A program made the translations under genes and the position numbers. Shown one piece after another: positions 36,022-46,135 of a DNA stretch of 64,000 nucleotides. The notes under the pieces were generated by a model. It was not told where the DNA came from and made no database searches. It saw nothing but the letters and a program-made list of their open reading frames with translations. Location: the NCBI GenBank assembly GCA_963667145.1, contig OY762943.1, forward strand, positions 145,459 through 209,458, read 5' to 3'. This DNA is from Candidatus Cloacimonadota bacterium (GTDB taxonomy: Bacteria; Cloacimonadota; Cloacimonadia; G963667145). Every line of letters begins with the position of its first letter. Position 1 is the stretch's first letter.

Positions 36022-37589
36022 TGAATGTTTTGTTAAATTTTGTAAAAAATGCCAAACTACAAGGAAAGAAATCTGTCTTTGTAGATGGAGTATCAGGTAA
36101 CAAAGTTTCTTACAGCAAAGCACTGGTAGCGATGCTACTTCTGAGAGGGAAATTCAAAGATTATTCAGGCAAAAATGTCGGAGTGTTAGTCCCCACATCT
36201 TCAGGGGCAATGCTTTCTATGTTGGCTTTGTTGGCTTGTGGCAAAACGCCTGTGATGATAAATTACACATCGGGAGCGAAAAGAAATTGCGAACACGCCA
36301 AGGTTCGTTGCGATGTAAAGCGAATAATCACCGCACAGGCTTTGCTTACAAAATTGGGTGTAAAAAAGACAGACGATATGGAATTGCTAGAGACTATGTT
36401 CAAAAAGTTTTCTCTTTTTGCAAAACTTAAAGCAGTTTTCCTTTCCAAACTTCCGTATAACATCTTGAAAAATGTGTTGTATAGTGCCGACGAGAACGAA
36501 GATAACATAATTTTACTTTTTACATCGGGAAGCGAAAACGCTCCCAAGGCTGTACCCATAACGAACAAAAATGTCGAGGGGCAAATCTTAAACACGGTGA
36601 AGTGCTACGATTTGACGAGCAAAGACAGATTTTTGGCGACGTTGCCTCTGTTTCATGTTTTCGGGTTTCAGGGAAATTTTTGCATTCCGCTTTATCTCGG
36701 GGCAACCATTATAACTCACAGCAATCCTTTGGATTACAAGATGATTTGCAATTCTATCAAGGAGCACAAAGCCTCTTTTATGTTGGGAACTCCCACTTTT
36801 TACGCTGCGTATTTGCGAAAATGTAGTCCCGACACATTCAAATCTGTGAAAGTTGCTATAAGCGGTGCGGATCGTTTGCCCAAGGAGTTGCACAAAAAAT
36901 ATTTGGATGAACACAATCTATTTTTGATAGAAGGCTATGGAACGACGGAAACTAGCCCAATTCTTTCCAACAATAGGTTTGAAGATTATCGACTTGGGAG
37001 CGTGGGAAAGCCATTCCCAGGTGTGGAATTCAAGATTGTTGATATTTATTCTGGCGAAGAGATGGAAGCTGGAGGAACGGGGAAGATTTTGGTGAAGGGC
37101 GAGAACGTGATGAAAGGCTATTACAACGATGTGGAAACCACGGACTTGCATTTTCGCTATGGCTGGTATGACACGGGCGATATGGGATGTTTTGACGAAG
37201 ACGGATTTTTGTGGTTAAAGGGGCGACTGAGACGATTTGTGAAGATAGGTGGAGAGATGGTCAGCTTGGTGGCTATTGAGGACGTTTTGGAAGAGTTTTT
37301 TAAAGGCGAAGAAATTGTGTTTTGTGCGGTGGACATTCCCAACGAAAAAAAAGGTGCTGAAATTGCTTTAGCAACAACGCAGAAGATTGACACCATCAAG
37401 ATGAAAAAATGGGTAAAAGCAAATCTTAACGACATTTCTGTTCCGAAAAGTGTTTTTGTGTTGAAGCGGATACCGCTTTTGGGAAGTGGCAAAGTCGATT
37501 TTCGCAAAGTGGAACGTGTTTGCCGAATTTTTTCTCAGCAAAGGTCTATTTTGGGAAATATTGCCAACGAAATCGGCATTATCAGTTAG
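36021..37589 (+). CDS. Aas/AasS-like adenylate-forming enzyme, paralog 4 of 4 (most divergent)
   Basis: LFTSGSENAPKAVPITN, EGYGTTETSP, GWYDTGD, RLRRFVKIGGEMVS. Start overlaps the stop of paralog 3 (TAATG). Confidence 0.75.
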   Translation: MNVLLNFVKNAKLQGKKSVFVDGVSGNKVSYSKALVAMLLLRGKFKDYSGKNVGVLVPTSSGAMLSMLALLACGKTPVMINYTSGAKRNCEHAKVRCDVKRIITAQALLTKLGVKKTDDMELLETMFKKFSLFAKLKAVFLSKLPYNILKNVLYSADENEDNIILLFTSGSENAPKAVPITNKNVEGQILNTVKCYDLTSKDRFLATLPLFHVFGFQGNFCIPLYLGATIITHSNPLDYKMICNSIKEHKASFMLGTPTFYAAYLRKCSPDTFKSVKVAISGADRLPKELHKKYLDEHNLFLIEGYGTTETSPILSNNRFEDYRLGSVGKPFPGVEFKIVDIYSGEEMEAGGTGKILVKGENVMKGYYNDVETTDLHFRYGWYDTGDMGCFDEDGFLWLKGRLRRFVKIGGEMVSLVAIEDVLEEFFKGEEIVFCAVDIPNEKKGAEIALATTQKIDTIKMKKWVKANLNDISVPKSVFVLKRIPLLGSGKVDFRKVERVCRIFSQQRSILGNIANEIGIIS

Positions 37590-37625
37590 AGAGAGGATTT
37601 GCCATTGAACTGCACAGGGAGAAGT

Positions 37626-38156
37626 ATGGAGATAGAAGCAAGTTTGTATAGCGAGGACAAATTTTGTTTGCGTTGTGGCACTAAGCTCGAAATCAAAAAA
37701 GATAGGGAAGACAAGGTGCGACCGATTTGTCCCAATTGCGGTTGGATAAGATATTTGAATCCCGTGCCTGCTTCCGCGTGTTTGATTTTCAATGGCAAAG
37801 GTGAAATTTGCATTATCCGAAGAAGATTTGAGCCTTCTGCTGGTAAGTGGGCACTTCCTTCAGGCTACATCGAGATAAACCAAACACCTGTTGAAACTGC
37901 TGTGGAGGAGATGCTGGAGGAAACGGGATTGAGTGGAGAAGTAGGGGAGTATTTAGGCTATTTTGTGGACAGTTCACCGATTTACCATCGGATAATTTCT
38001 TTTGGATTTATTATGAAAAACTGGACGGGCAAGCCAGCTGCGGGAGACGATGCTACCGACATTAAATTTGTTCCGATAGATTCTGATTTTGGTTTCATTC
38101 CCTTTTCTTCTCATCGGCATTTTATAGATTGTTACAAGAAAATACATAAGATTTAG
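37626..38156 (+). CDS. Nudix hydrolase with N-terminal zinc ribbon (NudC-like)
   Basis: CLRCG...CPNCG zinc ribbon and Nudix box GKWALPSGYIEINQTPVETAVEEMLEETGL. ATG 37626 after RBS gggaga. Confidence 0.75.
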   Translation: MEIEASLYSEDKFCLRCGTKLEIKKDREDKVRPICPNCGWIRYLNPVPASACLIFNGKGEICIIRRRFEPSAGKWALPSGYIEINQTPVETAVEEMLEETGLSGEVGEYLGYFVDSSPIYHRIISFGFIMKNWTGKPAAGDDATDIKFVPIDSDFGFIPFSSHRHFIDCYKKIHKI

Positions 38157-38167
38157 AGGGAGGAAAG

Positions 38168-39397
38168 TTGCAAAAATTAGAGTTGTTTTTCGATTTGTTT
38201 TTGCAGAAAATACAAGCTTTCGTTTCTGATTACAGCAATTTTTATCAAATTTTTGTTTTTTTGTGCGTTTTTGTTTTCAGCTTTGTTCTGACGAAAGTTT
38301 TTTTGCAGACCTTCAAAAAAAGTAAAGTTGCGAAAAAGCATGAAAAGCTTTTATCCACTTTCAACGTAATTTTTTTTCCATTTGTAACGATATTAGTGTT
38401 GGCGGTTGCTTACCTAATTAGTGTAAGATTTTTTTCCCATTCGTATGTTCTACTAATTTTTTTCAAATTGTGTTTGTTGTGGTTGGTGATTAGAGTTATA
38501 AAAATTTTCCCCAACAACAACATTTTTTTCACGATTATTTCTTTTTCTATCATCAGTTTAGCTGTGCTTTCCATCTTGGATGTTGACCAAAAATTACTCA
38601 CTTTCCAATTGGGAAAATTTTCGATTAGCCTTTACGATTTTTTCAAAAGCCTCGGATTGTTTTGCTTTTTCATTTGGCTGTTTTTCCAGATAAATCGTCG
38701 TGTTGAAAGATTTATTCATAAGCAGTGGAATTTGCCACCAAATTCTAAAGAACTTCTGGTAAAAGTCTGCAATATAATTATAATTTTGGTGTTTTCCTTG
38801 GTTGCTCTGAACATCTTGGGGCTTGATTTAACGCGATTCGCATTTTTGACGGGAGCTATCGGTATCGGTGTTGGTTTTGGACTAAAAAGTATTCTTGCCA
38901 ATTTCGTCAGTGGATTTATTTTGCTTATGGATAAGACTATCGAAAAAGGTTCGGTTGTTGAAATTGAGGATATTTCAGGAATTATCACCAGTATCGGCGT
39001 TAGAAGCACGATTGTGAAGAGCTTTGATGGCAAAGAAATTCTTATCCCCAATGAAAAATTTATCAGTGATAAGGTTGTTAATCTGACACTTTCCGACAGG
39101 CAAATTCGTTTTAAGGCGAAAATTGGTGTTAGCTACAAATCAGAACCGAGTGAGGTTAAAAAGATTTTGCAGGAAGTTTTGGATAAAAATTCTTTTGTGT
39201 CGATGAACCCGAAGCCAAAAGTTTATTTGTCTGAATTTGGAGACAGTTCTGTAAATTTTACGGTTTTCTTTTGGGTGCATGACATTTCTGGTGAGATTCA
39301 TCAGGCGAGGGAGCAAGTGCTTTTGGACATTTGGCAGGCACTCAAAGACAACAACATTGAGATTCCGTATCCTCAAATCGATGTGCATCAGAGATAG
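38168..39397 (+). CDS. Small-conductance mechanosensitive channel family protein (MscS-like)
   Basis: Several N-terminal TM helices, then the MscS pore/beta domain GIGVGFGLKSILANFVSGFILLMDKTIEKGSVVEI. TTG start after RBS gagggagg. Confidence 0.8.
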   Translation: MQKLELFFDLFLQKIQAFVSDYSNFYQIFVFLCVFVFSFVLTKVFLQTFKKSKVAKKHEKLLSTFNVIFFPFVTILVLAVAYLISVRFFSHSYVLLIFFKLCLLWLVIRVIKIFPNNNIFFTIISFSIISLAVLSILDVDQKLLTFQLGKFSISLYDFFKSLGLFCFFIWLFFQINRRVERFIHKQWNLPPNSKELLVKVCNIIIILVFSLVALNILGLDLTRFAFLTGAIGIGVGFGLKSILANFVSGFILLMDKTIEKGSVVEIEDISGIITSIGVRSTIVKSFDGKEILIPNEKFISDKVVNLTLSDRQIRFKAKIGVSYKSEPSEVKKILQEVLDKNSFVSMNPKPKVYLSEFGDSSVNFTVFFWVHDISGEIHQAREQVLLDIWQALKDNNIEIPYPQIDVHQR

Positions 39398-39406
39398 AGA
39401 GGTCTT

Positions 39407-40636
39407 ATGTTGAAAATCGTGATATTGTCTATTGGCAATGAGCTTTTGATGGGCAAGACTGTTAATACAAACCTTACTTTTCTGGGTGAGAAGTTGACCG
39501 AGCTTGGCTACGAAGTTGTTGCGAATTTGGTCTGCAGGGACAAGAAAGACGAAATTTCTAAAATGCTGGATTACTCTTATAGCATCGCTTCTGTGGTGCT
39601 GTGTACTGGTGGACTGGGACCTACCGACGATGACATTACCAGAGGAGCGATTTCCGAATATTTTGGCAGAAGATTGCTTTTTGATGATAAAATTTGGACG
39701 CAAATTAGCGATGTTTATGTGAACTACACAGGGCAAATTCCACCTGAGAATAATAAAGCTCAAGCCCTTGTCCCCGAAGGCTTCAACGTTTTTCCTAATG
39801 AGGTTGGGACTGCACCTGCTTTGTATAAGGTAGATGGAGAGAAAAAGATTTTTCTTCTGCCTGGAGTTCCTTCGGAAATGAAATTTTTTATGGAATCTCT
39901 TGTTTTGCCAGAAATTAAACTCATCTCGCCACCTCGAAAATTTTATATGAAATCGGTGCAAATGTTTGGATTGCCAGAGGCTTTGATAGCAGAAAAGATG
40001 GAAAACGTCACTATCAAAAATGGCGTCAACTTAGCTTACTTGCCACAAGGTGGTTCGGTTATTTTGCGAGTATATGGAGACGATTTTGCAGGTTGTGATG
40101 AGTTATTGGGTGTGATTAAAAAAAAGTTTTCCGAGAACATTGTAGGCATCGGAGAACAAAATCTGTTTGCTTCTTTGCACAATAAGTTAGTCGATAGCGG
40201 GTTGACTTTTGCGATGGCAGAATCATGCACAGGAGGACTTTTTTCGTCTTCCGTTGTGAATAATTCGGGAAGTTCTGCATATTTTGTCGGTGGTGTTGTC
40301 AGTTATAGCAACGAGATAAAAAGGGATGTTTTGGGAGTTGACGAGCATCTTTTGCAGACCAAAGGTGCTGTTAGCAGGGAAGTTGCGGAAGCAATGGCTC
40401 GGGGAGTAGCCAATAAGTTTGGGGCTAATCTCGCTGGAACAATAACTGGTGTAGCTGGTCCTGAAGGCGGTTCTGAGGAAAAGCCCGTTGGACTGGTTTG
40501 GTTTGCCATTTTTCATAAAGGCGAAGTGTTTTCTTTCAGCAGAAATCTTAAGGGAGACAGAAGTAGCATACGAACTTTTGCCTCCAATTTTTTAGTGGGG
40601 AAACTTCTTGTGTATTTGAATGAGAAGATGCGATGA
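39407..40636 (+). CDS. cinA: Competence/damage-inducible protein CinA (MocF-like domain + nicotinamide-nucleotide amidase domain)
   Basis: 409 aa. MLKIVILSIGNELLMGKTVNTN N-terminus. C-terminal PncC-type domain. Confidence 0.9.
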   Translation: MLKIVILSIGNELLMGKTVNTNLTFLGEKLTELGYEVVANLVCRDKKDEISKMLDYSYSIASVVLCTGGLGPTDDDITRGAISEYFGRRLLFDDKIWTQISDVYVNYTGQIPPENNKAQALVPEGFNVFPNEVGTAPALYKVDGEKKIFLLPGVPSEMKFFMESLVLPEIKLISPPRKFYMKSVQMFGLPEALIAEKMENVTIKNGVNLAYLPQGGSVILRVYGDDFAGCDELLGVIKKKFSENIVGIGEQNLFASLHNKLVDSGLTFAMAESCTGGLFSSSVVNNSGSSAYFVGGVVSYSNEIKRDVLGVDEHLLQTKGAVSREVAEAMARGVANKFGANLAGTITGVAGPEGGSEEKPVGLVWFAIFHKGEVFSFSRNLKGDRSSIRTFASNFLVGKLLVYLNEKMR

Positions 40637-40717
40637 AATTTACTGAAGAATAAAAGAATTGACACATTTTTCAGTTAATCTTATTGATACAACATATTAA
40701 AATTTTTGGAGGATTGG

Positions 40718-41488
40718 ATGTTTAGATTCGAAGAAATTGCAATCCCAAAGAGTCTATCGGAGGCTGCGGAATTATTGGCTACATCAGGTAGCGTTCCTGT
40801 TTCTGGTGGACTTTTTTTGCGGTTTGCAAAAGTCAAATGTCAGAAAGCTGTTGATTTGTCCGAGTTAGGTTTGGATTTCATCAAAAAAAGTGGTTCAACT
40901 GTAGAAATAGGTGCAACGACTTCTTTGCGAAAAATAGAGTTGGATACCGCAGACTATTTTGGAGGAGCTTTAAGCGTTGCTGCTTCACACATTCTGGGTG
41001 TGCAGTTTAGGAATTTGGCAACCATTGGCGGAGCGGTTATGGCAAAGCACGGATTTTCCAATTTGATTACCGTTTTGTTAGCTCTAGATGCAAAGTTGGT
41101 TTTTGCTTCGGGAAAAGTTGTCAGTTTGGCGGATTTCATCGAAAACAAGGTTGAAAAAGAGTTGTTGGAAAAAATTGTCATTGAGAACATTTTCGACAAA
41201 GTCAGTTTTCAATTGTTGCAACACACCTCTTTGGACATTGCGGTTTTAAATATCTGCGTAGCCAAAAAAGGTAAGGAAATTAACATCAGCGTTGGCTCTA
41301 GACCTCAAATTGCCGTGAGAGCAAAATCGGCGGAAAAAGAGTTTGCAAGTAGTGGCGATGTTTTGGCTACGGTTAAAGTTGCTGTTGATGAAATTTCTTT
41401 CGGAAAGGACGTGCGAGGTAGCGGTGAATATCGCAAGGCTTTGGCTGAGAGTTTGATAGAAAAAGCGATTGTGGAGGTAAGCAAATGA
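40718..41488 (+). CDS. Xanthine-dehydrogenase-family Mo-hydroxylase, FAD-binding (medium) subunit, operon 1
   Basis: CoxM/XdhB-like FAD-binding domain (VPVSGGLFL, ATIGGAV). ATG 40718 after RBS ggagga. Confidence 0.8.
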   Translation: MFRFEEIAIPKSLSEAAELLATSGSVPVSGGLFLRFAKVKCQKAVDLSELGLDFIKKSGSTVEIGATTSLRKIELDTADYFGGALSVAASHILGVQFRNLATIGGAVMAKHGFSNLITVLLALDAKLVFASGKVVSLADFIENKVEKELLEKIVIENIFDKVSFQLLQHTSLDIAVLNICVAKKGKEINISVGSRPQIAVRAKSAEKEFASSGDVLATVKVAVDEISFGKDVRGSGEYRKALAESLIEKAIVEVSK

Positions 41489-41940
41489 AATTAGACATTA
41501 TTTTGAACGGAGAACCGAAATCTTACCTCATCAACGAGGACGAATACCTTTTGGATGTTTTGCGAAATAACGGAATTACAAGCGTGAAAAGAAGTTGCGA
41601 CTCTTCTTCTTGTGCGATGTGCACCGTTTTGCTTGAGGGCAAACCAATTCTTTCTTGTTCGTTTTTGGCAGCTCGTGCTCAAGGCAAAGCTGTTACCACT
41701 GTCGAAGGCATTCAAAAAGAGGTCGCAGAGTTTTTCAAGGCGATGAACCAAGAGGGTGCTATCCAGTGTGGATACTGCGATTCCGCTTTGGCTGTGACTG
41801 TTTATGCTATGGTTAAGGAGCTTGGCACAAATTTAAGCGATGAGCAAATTAGACATTATGTAGGCGGAAATGTTTGTCGTTGTTCAGGTTATATGAGCCA
41901 AATGCGAGCTATAAAAACATTTTTGGGAGGTTTAAAATGA
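41485..41940 (+). CDS. Mo-hydroxylase [2Fe-2S]-binding (small) subunit, operon 1
   Basis: Plant-type and second 2Fe-2S Cys motifs (CDSSSCAMCTV; QCGYCDSA; CRCSGY). Confidence 0.85.
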   Translation: MKLDIILNGEPKSYLINEDEYLLDVLRNNGITSVKRSCDSSSCAMCTVLLEGKPILSCSFLAARAQGKAVTTVEGIQKEVAEFFKAMNQEGAIQCGYCDSALAVTVYAMVKELGTNLSDEQIRHYVGGNVCRCSGYMSQMRAIKTFLGGLK

Positions 41941-44270
41941 GTAAAATTGTTGGAATTTCTGTTCCCAAAAACGACGGCGAAGGAATGATAAAAGGTAAGC
42001 CACTCTATACCAACGATATGGCTATGCGAGATCCCGATGCTTTGATAGTCAAGATTATGCGTTCGCCCCATCCATTTGCTCGCATCAAATCTATCGATAA
42101 GAGTGTTGCTGAGAAGATGACGGGCGTTGCTACCATCATCACTCATTTGGATGCTGATGTTCCTCGCATCATTTATACGCGTGCAGGACAAGGATTTCCA
42201 GAGCCTTCTCCACACGACAAGTTCATTTTAGATGAGTATGTTAGATATGTTGGCGACGAAGTTTTGGCTGTGGCTGCTGTGGATGAGCGGACTGCCGAAG
42301 TTGCTTTGAAAGCTATCAAAGTTGAGTATGAGGTGTTAGAGCCTGTGCTTGATTTTGAAAAAGCCGAAAGTCACAAAAGCGTTATTCATCCCGAGCCGGA
42401 AGCTCACGAAATGTTCCCGATAGGCTTTGACCCCAAGAACAACTTGGCTTGCTCCTATTCTTGTGAGGATGGCAACACCGATTTGGAGATGTCCAAGAGC
42501 GACATAGTTGTCGAGGACACTTTTTACACACAGGCTCAGGCACATTATTGTGCGGAAACTCACAATTGCTACACTTATTTGGACGGACACGACAGACTGA
42601 ATGTCATCAGTTCCACGCAGGTTCCTCATCATATCAGAAGGATTATTTCCAAAGCGTTGAATTTTGACCGTGCAAGAATTAGAGTTCACAAGCCAAAAGT
42701 CGGTGGTGGCTATGGTGGAAAGCAACAAATTCACGGCGAGATGCTCGCTTGCATCACCACACTTCGCACAGGCAAAGGTGCTATTTGCAAATACAACCGA
42801 AAGGAAGTTTTTGAATCGACTTTTTCGCGTCATCAAATGAGGATTAAGGTCAAAATCGGTGCGAACAAAGACGGCTCTATCAACGCTATAGATATGAATG
42901 TTTTGTCCAACACGGGTGCTTATGGCGAACATGCTCTTACCGTGTTTATGCTTGCCGGTGGCAAGACTTTGCCTTTGTATGTAGTTGAAGGGCGTTCCAA
43001 AGCGGTAAAATTCGGTGGCAAGGTAGTTTACACCAACAAAACTCCTGGCGGTGCCTATCGTGGATATGGAGCTATGCAAGGAAATTATGCGTTGGAATCT
43101 ATGATGGATGTGTTGGCTGAAAAGGTCGGTGTTTCACCAGCTAAAATCCGTGAAATCAACATGATAAAAGAGGGTGAGACTTCTCCTTTGTTCAAACTCA
43201 TGGGCGAAGGAACCGAAGGTAAAGCGATGATGATTGAGTCGTGTAAACTCGACTATTGCATGAAAAGAACCAAGGAGCTTGCCAAATGGAACGACGAGTG
43301 TCAAGTCACCGAACTTGGCGAAGGCAAGGTTCGCGCTCAGGGAATGGCGATTGCCATGCAAGGTTCGGGCATTCAAGATATTGACATGGCTTCGGCTGTC
43401 CTCAAGCTGAACGACGACGGCTTCTTCAATCTCCTTATCGGTGCCACGGAAATCGGTCAAGGTTCGGATACAATTTTAAGTCAAATAGCCGCCGATGTTT
43501 TGAATATTGATGTTTCCAAGATAATTGTGTACTCTTCGGACACGGATACCACTCCATTTGACCCGGGAGCTTATGCTTCCAAAACCACTTATGTGACGGG
43601 CAATGCGGTTATCAAGGCTGCCAAAGCCATGAAAGCCAAAATCGAGAGCAAAGTTGCTTCTTTGTGGGAAGGTGACGCCAAAGATGTGGAATTTGACGGA
43701 AAATTCATCAAATCAGCCAACGGCAAAAATTCTATATCCATCGAAGATTTTAGTTCGGATATGTTCTACAAAATGTGCGGTGGGCAAGAGCAACTTATGG
43801 TTTGCGAGTCTTTTGTTCCCGAAGTTTCGCCACCTCCTTATATGGTTGCCATAGCTGACATTACCATCGATAAATCCACGGGACACTACGACATCAACGA
43901 CTATTTTGCCGTTATCGATTGTGGTGGAATCATCAATCCGGCTTTGGTGCAAGTGCAAGGCGAAGGTGGACTTGTGCAAGGGATAGGTATGGCTTGTTAC
44001 GAAGACGTTGTTTATTCCAATAGCGGACAAATGATGACTAACAACTTGTTCAACTACAAGGTGCCATCTCGCAAGGAAGTCCCCAAACTTACCGTAGAAT
44101 TTGCCGAATCTTATGACCCTACAGGACCTTATGGTGCAAAATCTATCGGAGAGATAGGCGTGGACACTCCCATGGCAGCCATTGCTAACGCCATCTACAA
44201 AGCAACTGGAGTAAGAATAAAGACACTTCCGCTATTCCCAGAAAAGATTTTGATGGGAATGAAAAAGTAG
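41937..44270 (+). CDS. Mo-hydroxylase molybdopterin-binding (large) subunit, operon 1
   Basis: About 777 aa, aldehyde oxidase/xanthine dehydrogenase a/b hammerhead and MoCo-binding domains. ATG 41937 overlaps the preceding stop (ATGA). Confidence 0.85.
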   Translation: MSKIVGISVPKNDGEGMIKGKPLYTNDMAMRDPDALIVKIMRSPHPFARIKSIDKSVAEKMTGVATIITHLDADVPRIIYTRAGQGFPEPSPHDKFILDEYVRYVGDEVLAVAAVDERTAEVALKAIKVEYEVLEPVLDFEKAESHKSVIHPEPEAHEMFPIGFDPKNNLACSYSCEDGNTDLEMSKSDIVVEDTFYTQAQAHYCAETHNCYTYLDGHDRLNVISSTQVPHHIRRIISKALNFDRARIRVHKPKVGGGYGGKQQIHGEMLACITTLRTGKGAICKYNRKEVFESTFSRHQMRIKVKIGANKDGSINAIDMNVLSNTGAYGEHALTVFMLAGGKTLPLYVVEGRSKAVKFGGKVVYTNKTPGGAYRGYGAMQGNYALESMMDVLAEKVGVSPAKIREINMIKEGETSPLFKLMGEGTEGKAMMIESCKLDYCMKRTKELAKWNDECQVTELGEGKVRAQGMAIAMQGSGIQDIDMASAVLKLNDDGFFNLLIGATEIGQGSDTILSQIAADVLNIDVSKIIVYSSDTDTTPFDPGAYASKTTYVTGNAVIKAAKAMKAKIESKVASLWEGDAKDVEFDGKFIKSANGKNSISIEDFSSDMFYKMCGGQEQLMVCESFVPEVSPPPYMVAIADITIDKSTGHYDINDYFAVIDCGGIINPALVQVQGEGGLVQGIGMACYEDVVYSNSGQMMTNNLFNYKVPSRKEVPKLTVEFAESYDPTGPYGAKSIGEIGVDTPMAAIANAIYKATGVRIKTLPLFPEKILMGMKK

Positions 44271-44282
44271 GAAAAATTATCT

Positions 44283-44313
44283 GGAAGCTATCTCATAAGT
44301 TGGGATAGCTTCC
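44283..44313 (+). terminator. Hairpin GGAAGCTATC-tcataagttg-GATAGCTTCC after operon 1
   Basis: 10-bp perfect stem, no clear U-tract. Confidence 0.45.
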
Positions 44314-44560
44314 ACCTGTTGATAGTGAGAATAGGCGAAACACAGGTTGGATTGTAATAAGTTGAAGAATGAGATATAAAAAATTTAAGAAAATTATTGA
44401 CTTAAAAGATGGCACAACGACAATTCGATTGTTTGCTCTATGGGCATTGGAAATGAGCGTGGCGAAGTGGAATCTCTTTTTCTGGATTTGAGATGCTATG
44501 TAGCTTGTGGTTGGATAGTTGGGAGCTTAGAATAGATTCAATTTATTCAGGAGTAAAATA

Positions 44561-46105
44561 ATGAAAGAAAAAATCCAGGCTTTACAAGAAAAGATTGCTG
44601 AGGCTCACCTTGGTGGTGGTCAGAAGAGAATTGATGCTCAACATGACAAAGGAAAATGGACAGCGAGAGAGCGTATAGACTATCTTCTTGACGAGGGCAG
44701 TTTTTCAGAAATGGATATGTTTGTGACTCACAATTGTCACAATTTTGGAATGGAAAATGACAAGACAATTGGTGACAGTGTTGTCACTGGCTCAGGTATG
44801 ATAGATGGGCGTCTTGTTTATTTGTTTGCACAAGATTTCACCGTAAGCGGTGGTTCTTTATCAAAGGTTCATGCCGACAAGATTTGCAAGATTATGGACG
44901 AAGCCATGAAAGTTGGAGCACCAGTTATCGGATTGTTGGATTCCGGTGGAGCGAGAGTGCAAGAAGGTATCGATTCTTTGGCTGGTTTCGGCGAAATTTT
45001 CGTGCGTAATGTAATGGCATCAGGTGTTATTCCTCAAATTTCAACCATATTAGGTCCGTGTGCAGGTGGAGCTGTTTATTCTCCAGCTATTACCGATTAC
45101 GTTATTATGAATAATGAGAACTCTTTCATGTTCATTACAGGTCCTAAGGTTGTAAAAACAGTTCTTTTTGAAGATATTACTACCGAGGATTTGGGTGGAG
45201 CAGATGTTCATATGCAAAAATCAGGCGTTTCTCATTTCAAAGGTGAGGGCGAGCAAGACACATTAGACCACATCAAGTATTTGCTTAGCTACATTCCTTC
45301 TAACTTTAGAGAGACTCCTCCAGAGTATGAATGTACCGATCCTATTGACAGAAAAAATGTTGGTTTTGAGGATATGATTCCTGACAACATTAACAAAGGT
45401 TATGACATTAGAGACGTTATAACTGAGGTTGTTGACGATAATGAGTTCTTCGAAGTTTCTAGAGATTTCGCAAGAAATATTGTTATTGGATATGCTCGCA
45501 TGAATGGAAAAACTGTTGGTATTGTTGCTAATCAACCAGCTTTTTTGGCAGGTTGCTTGGACATTAATGCATCTGTAAAAGCAGCTAGGTTTGTGAGATT
45601 TTGCGATAGTTTTAATATTCCTCTTTTGGTTTTTGAAGATGTGCCAGGATTTATGCCAGGTTCTACACAAGAACACAACGGAATTATTAGAAATGGTGCA
45701 AAATTGATGTACGCTTTTGCCGAGGCTACTGTTCCAAAGGTTACCCTCATTTTGCGTAAAGCGTATGGTGGAGCTTACATTGTGATGAACTCTCGTCATC
45801 TTTATGCTGACAGAGTGGTTGCTTGGCCTTCTGCCGAGATTGCTGTTATGGGTTCTAAGGGAGCTGTTGAGATTTTGTTCAGGAGAGCTTCCAAAGATCA
45901 AGAAGATCCTAAAGCGTTTTTGGCTGAAAAAGAAGCTGAATATAAAGAGAAGTTTGCCAATCCTTATGATGCAGCGTCCAAAAGTTATATAGATGGTGTT
46001 ATTTTGCCGTCCGAGACTAGAACTTATCTCATAAAAACTTTGGAACAATTGGCAAACAAAGAAGCAGAAATACCTGCTAAGAAGCATGGTAATATTCCGC
46101 TTTAA
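44561..46105 (+). CDS. Acyl-CoA carboxyltransferase (methylmalonyl-CoA decarboxylase alpha / propionyl-CoA carboxylase beta family)
   Basis: 514 aa. Carboxyltransferase N and C domains ([18 protein letters not shown]; [11 protein letters not shown]). Confidence 0.85.
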   Translation: MKEKIQALQEKIAEAHLGGGQKRIDAQHDKGKWTARERIDYLLDEGSFSEMDMFVTHNCHNFGMENDKTIGDSVVTGSGMIDGRLVYLFAQDFTVSGGSLSKVHADKICKIMDEAMKVGAPVIGLLDSGGARVQEGIDSLAGFGEIFVRNVMASGVIPQISTILGPCAGGAVYSPAITDYVIMNNENSFMFITGPKVVKTVLFEDITTEDLGGADVHMQKSGVSHFKGEGEQDTLDHIKYLLSYIPSNFRETPPEYECTDPIDRKNVGFEDMIPDNINKGYDIRDVITEVVDDNEFFEVSRDFARNIVIGYARMNGKTVGIVANQPAFLAGCLDINASVKAARFVRFCDSFNIPLLVFEDVPGFMPGSTQEHNGIIRNGAKLMYAFAEATVPKVTLILRKAYGGAYIVMNSRHLYADRVVAWPSAEIAVMGSKGAVEILFRRASKDQEDPKAFLAEKEAEYKEKFANPYDAASKSYIDGVILPSETRTYLIKTLEQLANKEAEIPAKKHGNIPL

Positions 46106-46135
46106 TGAGATTTAAAAAATAATTAGGAGTTAGTA

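Noticed and set aside
44410-44440. Sigma-54-like TGGCAC element
   Set aside because: No TTGC at the required 5-nt spacing. The GG-N10-GC geometry is not satisfied.
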